A stretch of 64,000 nt of DNA from a bacterium. Its GTDB lineage: Bacteria; UBA8248. The DNA lies in contig OZ242260.1 in assembly GCA_965207065.1 (NCBI GenBank), forward strand, positions 608,001 through 672,000, in the 5' to 3' direction. The position numbers and the translations under genes were made by a program. The notes below the pieces were generated by a model. The model saw only the letters and a list, made by a program, of their open reading frames with translations. It made no database searches and was not told where the DNA came from. This document shows positions 17,757 to 26,378 of the stretch, piece by piece; position 1 is the first letter of the stretch, and the number at the start of each line of letters is the position of its first letter.

Positions 17757-18746
17757 TCAAGTCGCCTTCTTGAAAAACCCCTCCACGGGGAGTGGCGCGC
17801 CCACGCCCTGCGCTTTGGCGCGCCGATAGAGTTCCGCGCCCAGGGCCACGTCTTCAATCGCGACCCCCTGGCTCAGAAACAGGTTGATCTCATCATCGGA
17901 CGCGCGGCCGGGCATGGCGCCCGTCGCTACTAACCCGACCTCCGAGACCTGGCCCCACTGGATGACGTTCGCGCGAATGGCGCCGACCAGATCGCCGCTC
18001 TCGAATTCGGCGCCCTCGAGGTTATCCGTCACGATGCGTCCTTTCGCCGCGCGGCGGAAGGTTTCGTCGTCTATCTCGCGGTTCGTGATTCGGTTCGAGC
18101 CCGCCGCGATGACCGTCGTACCCGGCTCCAGATCGTTGCCGTCGAATACCGGTTCGCGCGCCGTGGTGATGGTGCACACGATCTGCGAGCCTTTTACCGC
18201 CTCGCTCGCCGATTCCACCGGAACGAGTTCAGCGTTCACCCTGCCCTGCATCGCGCTGACGAATTTTTCTCTCTTCTCGGGACGGCGGCTGTGCACTTTC
18301 ACAACCTTGAGGTCCCGCGCGCAGCAGAGGGCTTCGAGTTGGGACCTCGCCTGCCACCCCGTGCCGATCAACCCGGCTAACGCCGCGTCTTCTCTCGCCA
18401 TGTATTTCGCAGCCACGCCGCTCGCCGCCCCCGTGCGCATCTGCCCCTGTATGTTGGCCTCCATGAGCGAGAGCATCTCGGATGTGTTCGCATCCCACAG
18501 CAGGAAGATGAAGCGCACGCCGATGCCCGGAAACGTGGTGTAGGCCTTGAGACCCAGATAGCCCTCGTTTTCATCCACCATGCCGCCGAACATGACGTGC
18601 ATCGTGCCCTTGGGCAGAAAAACCCGCCGCCTCGGCTGATTCGGCGCGCGACCCTCTCCCTGGGCCTTGAAGCATTTCTCCACCACGTCCATGACATCGG
18701 ACATGTTCACCAGACTCTTGACGTCGGACTCACTCAAATAAAGCAA
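17757..18746 (-). CDS. Ornithine cyclodeaminase/mu-crystallin family protein
   Basis: 'MRTGAASGVAAKY', 'IGTGWQA', 'GVAIEDVA'. Confidence 0.88.
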   Translation of the reverse strand: MLYLSESDVKSLVNMSDVMDVVEKCFKAQGEGRAPNQPRRRVFLPKGTMHVMFGGMVDENEGYLGLKAYTTFPGIGVRFIFLLWDANTSEMLSLMEANIQGQMRTGAASGVAAKYMAREDAALAGLIGTGWQARSQLEALCCARDLKVVKVHSRRPEKREKFVSAMQGRVNAELVPVESASEAVKGSQIVCTITTAREPVFDGNDLEPGTTVIAAGSNRITNREIDDETFRRAAKGRIVTDNLEGAEFESGDLVGAIRANVIQWGQVSEVGLVATGAMPGRASDDEINLFLSQGVAIEDVALGAELYRRAKAQGVGAPLPVEGFFKKAT

Positions 18747-18793
18747 CGATCCTCTCTCCTCTGTGATTCAAGAATTCCAGAAACCAAGACATT

Positions 18794-20035
18794 TCAAGAC
18801 AATGCGACGCTCGAAAAAGTGACCGTTCCGTTCGGGTCCGGCCACTGCGAATAGCGCAGCACTTCTCCCTCGCTGTCTTCCAGAACGCGCAGCATGGTGT
18901 AGATGGGCGCCAGGCCACACACGTTTCTCGCATCCCCATCCTCCGCCACGCTCCAGTAAAACGCCTCCGCATCCCCTCGGCACACTGCATCCAGGGATTT
19001 CCCGTCCGCTTGCGCGAGTTCTTCCAATCGCGCCTCGTCCACGGGCTGTTCATCGCCGAACTGGGGGCCGACGTGGGCGAAATCCACGCTCGCAATGAGA
19101 CATACCTTTCCCCCGTTTTGCCGGTACGCAGCCATCGCCTCTCTCAGCGCGGCGATAAAACCCTCCACTTGCGCATCACCCCCGGGCGATAGCCCCTCCG
19201 CAACGAACCGGTGGAACGAACCCACCAGGATGGGAACGAACCGGACCGGCCGGACGTCCGCAAAGAGATACTGCAGAAAAACCGCCTGAAACTCGATGGA
19301 GTGCTCGCCGCGATGCACGAATTCATCCTGAAAGGAATTCACCTCCAACCGGCCCGAGAGCTCCTCCACGAACCCCGTGTTCGCCTCCAAAACCCCGAAC
19401 GGCGTCTCGAAAGATTTGTCCGTGAGGTTATAGATGTATTTTGTCGGAGTGTGGACCGTACCGAGAACGATGAACAAATCGGCATCGGCTCGTTCTGCGA
19501 TTGATTTATATGCCCATGCAAAGGTGGCGCCGCCGCGATGAAAGTCGATATGAGGCGCGACTACTCCGCGAAGCGGTTTTGATGAAGCCGAGGAATTTTC
19601 CGCAAGACGCCCGGGACCATCCGCATCCGTGAAAAAACCATCGATATGAGAGCGAAGATGCGCCGGGTCCGCATCGTAGCTTTTTCCCGCCAGAAAACTC
19701 GGGCGCACCGGATCATTCAAGTAAGCATCCTTGAGAGATCCGCTCCAAGCGTTGAAATCATCTCCTTCGAGGAAATGGGCCTCTTCGAGCCGGGATATCA
19801 TCGCCCGGTAGTTTTCTTCCGTGACATCCATCCCGTGGCGGGATTTGCATTGCTCCCTGATATCCTCAAACGTGTGGCTCCCGTCGAGCAGGCTCAGCAC
19901 GGGAACCAGCGCCATGGGAACAAAAAGTACCGCCTCGCTGAGTCGAAGCGGATCTCTGAGCATCAACATTCGCTGCCCCTGATGTTCCGCAGGGGTGGCC
20001 TCCACGGGTCTCAGCTTCAATCGTTCCGACGCCAT
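18794..20035 (-). CDS. MEMO1-family protein (AmmeMemoRadiSam protein B) with N-terminal extension
   Basis: 'RPSFLAGKSY', 'VAPHIDF', 'LGTVH', 'HRGEHSIEFQ', 'ASVDFAHVGPQFGD', 'NVCG'. Confidence 0.88.
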   Translation of the reverse strand: MASERLKLRPVEATPAEHQGQRMLMLRDPLRLSEAVLFVPMALVPVLSLLDGSHTFEDIREQCKSRHGMDVTEENYRAMISRLEEAHFLEGDDFNAWSGSLKDAYLNDPVRPSFLAGKSYDADPAHLRSHIDGFFTDADGPGRLAENSSASSKPLRGVVAPHIDFHRGGATFAWAYKSIAERADADLFIVLGTVHTPTKYIYNLTDKSFETPFGVLEANTGFVEELSGRLEVNSFQDEFVHRGEHSIEFQAVFLQYLFADVRPVRFVPILVGSFHRFVAEGLSPGGDAQVEGFIAALREAMAAYRQNGGKVCLIASVDFAHVGPQFGDEQPVDEARLEELAQADGKSLDAVCRGDAEAFYWSVAEDGDARNVCGLAPIYTMLRVLEDSEGEVLRYSQWPDPNGTVTFSSVALS

Positions 20036-20047
20036 ATCCAAAATTCC

Positions 20048-21256
20048 TTACCCCCTGCCTTGATCGGCATATCTTCCGAAAAACGGAGCGCAGGATATTC
20101 CGATGATCGACACGACCGCCAACGTATATAAACCCGGACCGAACGACCCGGACCAGTCCCTCATCGCGCCAATCGTCCAGGGTCCGACAAAACCGCCCAG
20201 ATACCCCATGCCGATGATCAGACCACCCGCCCGGCCCACCTGGCTTTTCTCCACGTACTGCGCGGGATACGCCAGACAGAACAAGAACCAGCAATTCGTG
20301 GTTAAACCCAAAACGGCGGTCCCCATCGCCGCGACCCAGGCGTTTCCCGCCGGCATCAGTGCGAGCGCCGCAGCCGTGAGCAATCCGCACAAAACCATCA
20401 TGACCCGCTCGCCGCCCAGGGCCAACGCCATCTTGTGCGCGCTCAGGGAAGCAAAAATTCCGAGCAAAGGCAAACTCGATACGATAAGCGCGGCGCTCGC
20501 TTGCGGCCAGCCTTTCGCCATCAAAACCGTGGCCAGCCAACCCAGACTCGTATAAAAAACGATGTTGTTGAAGAACAAAGAGCCGCCAACCCCCCAGACG
20601 GCGAGGAGCCGATACACCACCCCGCTTTGGGCCGAGTCGGATTCGGAACCTAAATCCACCGTGATCGAGGCGGAATTTCTTCGCCAGACGATAAAAGCCA
20701 CGACCAAAACGAGCGCCCAGCCCAGAAAGCCGCCGCGCCAGATGCTCCCGCCCCATGAGGCGGGCAAAACCCCTGCGGCCGGCGCCATAAAGTGCGAGGC
20801 CGCGACGCCCAAACCAGCGCCCGCGATGATGGAAGCCGTATAAACGGCGGAGCCGAACTCGTTGCGCTCGGCGGGCACTATCGTCCCCACCACTTTGGGC
20901 ATGACGGGAAACACCAGCCCTGTGCCCGCGCCCACGAGCGCGATTCCAAAAGCGAGCGACCAGAAATCTCCGCTCGAGAAACGGACGGCTCCTCCCAGCA
21001 AAGTGAGGAAAACGCCGCACAGGACCATCTTCTTCACACCCAGCCGATCGACCAGCCGGCCCCCTGCGATCGCGAAAAACGCTATCAACGGAAACGGGGC
21101 GGACAGTAGAAAACCGCCCGCGCCGTAGGACAGGTTCAAATCATTCCGGATGAAGCCGATGAGTCCGCTCGTCGACACCAACGAGCCGAATACGGCGAAA
21201 ATGATGAAACAGGCGGCCCCCAGTATGGGGCGCCAGTTCGGGTTTTCTCCTGTCAT
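20048..21256 (-). CDS. MFS transporter (CynX/NimT-like)
   Basis: About 12 hydrophobic segments; motif A 'GGRLVDRLG'; 'GPWTIGAMRDWSGSF'. Confidence 0.85.
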   Translation of the reverse strand: MTGENPNWRPILGAACFIIFAVFGSLVSTSGLIGFIRNDLNLSYGAGGFLLSAPFPLIAFFAIAGGRLVDRLGVKKMVLCGVFLTLLGGAVRFSSGDFWSLAFGIALVGAGTGLVFPVMPKVVGTIVPAERNEFGSAVYTASIIAGAGLGVAASHFMAPAAGVLPASWGGSIWRGGFLGWALVLVVAFIVWRRNSASITVDLGSESDSAQSGVVYRLLAVWGVGGSLFFNNIVFYTSLGWLATVLMAKGWPQASAALIVSSLPLLGIFASLSAHKMALALGGERVMMVLCGLLTAAALALMPAGNAWVAAMGTAVLGLTTNCWFLFCLAYPAQYVEKSQVGRAGGLIIGMGYLGGFVGPWTIGAMRDWSGSFGPGLYTLAVVSIIGISCAPFFGRYADQGRG

Positions 21257-22206
21257 TCATCAAGCCCCAGCAAGCGCACCGCGTTACCTCCCAGCCATTT
21301 ATCCATGACGGCCGGCTTCAGGGGAAGGTTCCTCGCTTCTTCGAGAATCTCCTCCAGGGATATCGGCAGAAGCGGCCAGTCGGTTCCAAACAGAATTTTA
21401 TCCTGTATCGTGGAATTGCCGAAATGCAGGAGCATCTCCCAGCCGGAATGAGGGGTCGTGAAATACTTCCACCGATGGCCCGAGGGGTCGATGTAGAGAT
21501 TCGGGTGCCGCCAGGCGGCGGCGACCATCTCCGGCACCCAGGGCCAACCGCCGTGACCGGCGATTACCTTCAAGTCCGGCATCTCGCCGCACAGCCTATC
21601 GAGAGCCAGGGGTCTGCCGAGTTCCATGGGATGAGCAGGCGCCCAGTTGACCGAAGTGTGAACCCATACGGGTACGTCCAACTCGACGCACTTCTGGTAG
21701 ATGGGACGATATTCCGGCGCGTCGGCGGGCAGGCGATGAAGAAAGGGAACGAGAAACGCCCCGTGCAGGCCAAGATCGCGCACGCCATTTTCCAGCGCGA
21801 TTGCCGCATCGTCCTTGTTGGGGTCGACGCCCTGGAAGGCCAGAATCCGCTCCGGGTACGAATCCACCGCACTGGCGAGCACGTTCGGGTCAAGGGGCGA
21901 AACGCCGGTGGTGCTCTCCTGGTCGATGCTGAAAACGACCGCCTTGTCATAGCCGGCCGCATCCAGCAGCGCTATGAACTCTTCCAAGGGCTGTCCGAGC
22001 TTCGCCGATATCTCATCGATAAAACCGTGGATTTCCTCTCGCGTCGTCCCCACCGCCCTGCGGCGAAACTCCACTTCCTCCACGCCGCAAAATGCGCTCA
22101 AGCCCTTCGCGAACATCTTCAGGTAACCGGGAATGGAAGCCCAGCCTAGCAGGCGGGCGCGGTAGGACTCCGCGACGGGCAAGAAGCTGCAAATATCGAC
22201 GATCAA
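21253..22206 (-). CDS. Amidohydrolase_2 family protein
   Basis: 'VPVWVHT', 'VIAGHGGWPW', 'NLYIDPS', 'ILFGTDWP', 'GGNAVRLL'. Confidence 0.85.
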   Translation of the reverse strand: MIVDICSFLPVAESYRARLLGWASIPGYLKMFAKGLSAFCGVEEVEFRRRAVGTTREEIHGFIDEISAKLGQPLEEFIALLDAAGYDKAVVFSIDQESTTGVSPLDPNVLASAVDSYPERILAFQGVDPNKDDAAIALENGVRDLGLHGAFLVPFLHRLPADAPEYRPIYQKCVELDVPVWVHTSVNWAPAHPMELGRPLALDRLCGEMPDLKVIAGHGGWPWVPEMVAAAWRHPNLYIDPSGHRWKYFTTPHSGWEMLLHFGNSTIQDKILFGTDWPLLPISLEEILEEARNLPLKPAVMDKWLGGNAVRLLGLDE

Positions 22207-23201
22207 CGCGAGCGGCCCTGGGACCGCTCGAGAGAATCGCTCGGCCCGGAAAGAGAGAAATCATTCTGATTCAAGGTCAATCGCGCCGAATTCACGGACA
22301 CCGCCAGGATGAAAACGAGAAAGATGGCGAAAGAACCGCTCATTCGCACGCTTCCGCCCCGTCTGAGCGCGCCGAGCAGTAACTCGAACAACAATACGAC
22401 GCATACGGCGCCGATGATGAGGAGCGTCACGAAAGGCGAGCCGCCTGACGCCAGCATGCCGTCCAGGAAATCAGAGCCCCGGAAGAAGAGCCAGGCTCCC
22501 GCCAATCCTGCCTGGAGCATCAGAAAACACAAGGAGAACCTGGCGCCGAGGCGAACCCACCGCGCTCCGTTCGACACGGAAACGGAACTCTCCCACCTGA
22601 AAGCCCTGCCCCCCAGAAACATGAGGACGAGGCCGCCGACAGAAAACGCCGAAAGATAGAAATGCGCCACGGGCCACCAAAACGATGATTGCGCCCAATA
22701 GCGCCAACTCCACACTGCTTCGAAATCGCGGAGGGTCCAACCCATATAGGAAAGCGTGAACATCCAAACCACCCCTGTCCCTGCCAGGATCAAAACGCCC
22801 GCCGGAACCATCATCAGGTGCGCGAATGATAATTTCGAACCCCGTCCCGTATGTCTCGAATGGGCGAATACGACAACCACGAAAAGGAACAACAAGAGGA
22901 GCAACGCACCCAGCGGGCGAAACAGCGCGATCACGGAGGTGAAAAAAACGGCCGGCTGCATCGTGGACGCAAGCAAGGAGAGCGCCGCCGCGATGAGAAA
23001 TACGGGAACGAGAGAAGCCAGGCACAGGCCCGAGAGGCGGCGCGCGAATACGACGTCGTCATCGTTGTTCTCCCGCCATCCCCAGAACGCGAGATGCGCG
23101 GAAAACCACGGCAGCGAAACACTCACGCCCGCGCACAGCCACAAGACGGAACCCAGCAGAACAACGAGCCACTCACTCGATTCGGGAGTCAATACGTTCA
23201 T
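22203..23201 (-). CDS. Polytopic membrane protein, partner of the upstream cytochrome c
   Basis: About 8 hydrophobic helices; 'VAHFYLSAFSVGG'; start overlaps the upstream stop by 4 bp. Confidence 0.7.
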   Translation of the reverse strand: MNVLTPESSEWLVVLLGSVLWLCAGVSVSLPWFSAHLAFWGWRENNDDDVVFARRLSGLCLASLVPVFLIAAALSLLASTMQPAVFFTSVIALFRPLGALLLLLFLFVVVVFAHSRHTGRGSKLSFAHLMMVPAGVLILAGTGVVWMFTLSYMGWTLRDFEAVWSWRYWAQSSFWWPVAHFYLSAFSVGGLVLMFLGGRAFRWESSVSVSNGARWVRLGARFSLCFLMLQAGLAGAWLFFRGSDFLDGMLASGGSPFVTLLIIGAVCVVLLFELLLGALRRGGSVRMSGSFAIFLVFILAVSVNSARLTLNQNDFSLSGPSDSLERSQGRSR

Positions 23202-25144
23202 GGCGAATTCTTCTCTTCCGGTTTTTTCGCGTCTTGCGAGTCATCCGGCGGAACCGAAGGAGCAGCGGAAACGCTTTCTCCGTCTCCCGGGCTCTTGGCA
23301 TCCGTCGCGCCGTTCACGGGAGCGGGAGATGCGGCGGTGCGCTCCTTTTCCGGCGGCATTTTGGCTTCCGGGTCGCTTCCGGGGTCCTGTCCCTCATCCG
23401 GCGGACTGGAAGATACTGTGGAAACGTCTCCTCCCTCTTCCGGTTTTCCTGCACCCAAGGCTTTTACGCCGTCTTCCGCATCATTGGGTGGGGCGGAAGG
23501 AGTGATGTTGGCCTCTTCCCTCACCGGGGTTACGTCATCCTGCGCGTCGCTCGGCCGGGGGGAGGAAACGGCGGAGTCTACCTGTTTCTGCCCTTGTGAT
23601 TTCTCTGCGTCTTGCGCAGCGGCAGGCTGAGCCGGAGAGTCGATGAGGCGATCTTCTTTCTCCGGCACTCTGGCTTCTTGTGTCCGCTCGGGGTCTTGCG
23701 CAGCGCCGGAAGGCTTAAGAACTGGTACGGCGGCGCCCTCCTCCTCTTCATCCACCTTGCGCACCTCTGCGTTTTCAGTGGATTTTTCCGCATCCCCGGG
23801 AGAGGTTTTCGAGACCACCGCCGGACGAACCACCGGTTTTTTTCCGGCGGGCGCCGGCTCGGGGCGAGATGCGAGAGTCCGGCCCGATTTCGCGATCAGC
23901 GTTTCCAGATACGCCGCCAGGGCGCTGCGCTCCTCGGGCGCGCCCGCCAAATGAGGGTACGGCGGGTGTTTGGTTCGCATCTCTCCAAGAAACCGAAGCG
24001 CGTCTCCCTCGAACTTGAACCCCGGGGCCCGGGCCGGGTCCCGCGGCTTCACCCAATCCGCATGGCAGGCCATACACTGCGCACGGAAACTGAATGCGCC
24101 GAGTTCTCCCTGTTCCGGCAGGGGCTCGCCGAGATTCACGAAATTCCACAAACCCGTTCGATTCGCGTCCTCCGCCTCCTCGATGATCATTCCGTTGCGA
24201 TACATATACTGGTGGATCTGGAAATTTCCCTTCGCTTCCACATAGACCCACCCGCATGCCGCCAGCAGGAAAACGACCAGCAGCGAAGCCGCGCATGCGT
24301 GTCTTCGATGCCGCTTTTCGGGGTCGTGAACGCCCCATCTGTATCCGATGCTCCCCAGGACCGCCTGCGCCGCTACAGCGGTCGCTACCAGCCCAATCAC
24401 CAAATTCCGATTTTCGCTTTCCGGCAGGCTTACTCCCCACCATATCCATCCGAGAACGCCGGTGACGGCTCCCGCCACCATCCACTTGCCCAGTTCATGC
24501 ACCAAGGCGACGCGCCATGCGCTGTCCTTTCGGGACGCTGCGTAGAGCAGTCCGAAAGCGCCGAAGGTCAAAATCGAAACCGCCGCCCACGTCAAGAATA
24601 CGGCGGGAAAGGCGGGATTCCAGAAAGCGTTCCAGAGGGTAGGCTTCGCCGCCCATGCGCCCGTGTGCGCCGAAAAAGCGCAGACCGAAACCAAAACGGC
24701 CGCCGCACTCCAAAAGCCGACCGCCGATAATATCCCCCACGCCATATGGAGCCGGCTTTCATGGCGACCTCTTTCCCAAGTGGAGATGTATCGACCCGAA
24801 ATACAAAGACCTAACCCAAAAAGCAATAAACCCAGCAGGGCGGGAACCAGGAATATCAAATGGAGTTGTTCCATCATGCGGGGGCGTTGGGCCATCATGA
24901 CGACCCAAAGACCAAGACCCAGGGGACATACCGCCCACGCCGCCAAGGCGCGCGTCGTCTTCGCGCACCGCAGGGCGAGGTCGTCCCATCTGGGGTCTAT
25001 GCTCTCCGATGCGCGAGACTTCGCGAGCAGGGAAATCACAGAGCCGCCGCAGACGCACGCACCCATCAGGACGAAGAGATAAGCAACCCCGCCCGCCAGG
25101 AGATGGTCGGAGAATGACAGCGCTTCCTGAAATGGAAATGGCAA
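23198..25144 (-). CDS. Membrane protein with CydA-like TM region, monoheme cytochrome c domain and low-complexity tail
   Basis: Multiple TM helices, 'LWNAFWNPAF', 'IHQYMYRNG', heme motif 'CMACH', then about 200 aa rich in P/A/E/D/K/S. Confidence 0.7.
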   Translation of the reverse strand: MPFPFQEALSFSDHLLAGGVAYLFVLMGACVCGGSVISLLAKSRASESIDPRWDDLALRCAKTTRALAAWAVCPLGLGLWVVMMAQRPRMMEQLHLIFLVPALLGLLLFGLGLCISGRYISTWERGRHESRLHMAWGILSAVGFWSAAAVLVSVCAFSAHTGAWAAKPTLWNAFWNPAFPAVFLTWAAVSILTFGAFGLLYAASRKDSAWRVALVHELGKWMVAGAVTGVLGWIWWGVSLPESENRNLVIGLVATAVAAQAVLGSIGYRWGVHDPEKRHRRHACAASLLVVFLLAACGWVYVEAKGNFQIHQYMYRNGMIIEEAEDANRTGLWNFVNLGEPLPEQGELGAFSFRAQCMACHADWVKPRDPARAPGFKFEGDALRFLGEMRTKHPPYPHLAGAPEERSALAAYLETLIAKSGRTLASRPEPAPAGKKPVVRPAVVSKTSPGDAEKSTENAEVRKVDEEEEGAAVPVLKPSGAAQDPERTQEARVPEKEDRLIDSPAQPAAAQDAEKSQGQKQVDSAVSSPRPSDAQDDVTPVREEANITPSAPPNDAEDGVKALGAGKPEEGGDVSTVSSSPPDEGQDPGSDPEAKMPPEKERTAASPAPVNGATDAKSPGDGESVSAAPSVPPDDSQDAKKPEEKNSP

Positions 25145-25210
25145 CGCTATTTTCCAATCGAAAGTGAAAGGTGTCGCAACATAAAGACGGAGAAAACGAG
25201 TACCCGCGCT

Positions 25211-26329
25211 TTATACCTTCACCACTTGTCGTGTCATGTATTTGTCGAGTTTATTCTCATCCAGGGCGATACCCAGTCCGGGGGCGTCGGAAATCGTATG
25301 CCGCCCCGTACTCATATCGACCGGAGAATCCACGACGTCGTCCAGCATCTTCTCGGGGCCGACGGATTCTATCGCCGCCAGGAAAGCGTTCGAGGTCGCC
25401 GCCACGTGGATTTCTCCCAGCGTGTAGGGCGACAACCCGAACCCGTGACCGATGACCATTTTCATGCCGGCGGCCTCCGCCGTTCCGACCATATCCCTGA
25501 CGCGCAGGGGACCGCCTTGCTTCATGATCTTGACCTTGACGATATCGGCGGCCTCGGCCCGGATGATCTCGAGCAGGCTCTCCGGCCCGAACACGCACTC
25601 ATCCGCCATGACGGGGATGTTGATGGAGCGGCGCACTTGGGCGAGCCCCTCGATGTCGGTTCTCGGCACGGGCTGCTCGAAGTGGTGGATGTCCGCCCCT
25701 TCCACCTCGCGCGCGAGGGCGATTGCATCTTCCACGTTTCCGTAGGATTCATTCGCGTCGATCCGTATCTCGAAATCATCCCCCGTCGATTCCCGCACGG
25801 CCAGCACCCGCGCCGCGTCGGACGCCACCTCTCCCCCCATCTTCACCTTGCAGGCCCGCCAGCCGCGCTCGTAAAAGCCCCGCGCCTCGCGCCCCGCCTC
25901 ATCGGGCGCCTTGATGCCAATCCAGGCGTTAAAGCGCACTTCTTTCTTCACCGCGCCGCCGAGGAGTTCATACAACGGAACCCCCAGATATTTCGCATGG
26001 AGGTCCGCCATGGCGAGCGACAGGGCGCCCTTTCCGCCGTCGAAGCCGTCGCAGGCCTCATCCATCATCCGCGTAATCTCGCGCGACGCCCTGGGGTTCG
26101 CGCCGATGAGAGCGGGCGCGAGCTTGCGCTCCACCGCGTCCGCGATATCATCGCGGTTCAAGCCCGAGTATCCCGCCACGGGTTCGACGTCGCCTATTCC
26201 TGTGAAGCCGTCGTCGGAGGTTACCCGAACGACGACCGAGGGCTGGACGTTGTGGTTGTGGTTCGCGTTCTTGAAAAAATCCCGCATCGGCATGTCGACG
26301 CGGAATACCTCGATGGATTCGACTTTCAC
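25211..26329 (-). CDS. Enolase superfamily, muconate cycloisomerase/dipeptide epimerase-like
   Basis: 'CKVKMG' (KxK), 'RIDANE', 'FEQP', 'MADEC', 'KIMKQGG'. Confidence 0.88.
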   Translation of the reverse strand: MKVESIEVFRVDMPMRDFFKNANHNHNVQPSVVVRVTSDDGFTGIGDVEPVAGYSGLNRDDIADAVERKLAPALIGANPRASREITRMMDEACDGFDGGKGALSLAMADLHAKYLGVPLYELLGGAVKKEVRFNAWIGIKAPDEAGREARGFYERGWRACKVKMGGEVASDAARVLAVRESTGDDFEIRIDANESYGNVEDAIALAREVEGADIHHFEQPVPRTDIEGLAQVRRSINIPVMADECVFGPESLLEIIRAEAADIVKVKIMKQGGPLRVRDMVGTAEAAGMKMVIGHGFGLSPYTLGEIHVAATSNAFLAAIESVGPEKMLDDVVDSPVDMSTGRHTISDAPGLGIALDENKLDKYMTRQVVKV

Positions 26330-26378
26330 GGAAATTTCCTCCTTTTTAGCAGAACAGCCCGAAGCCCAGCTAAGGCCC

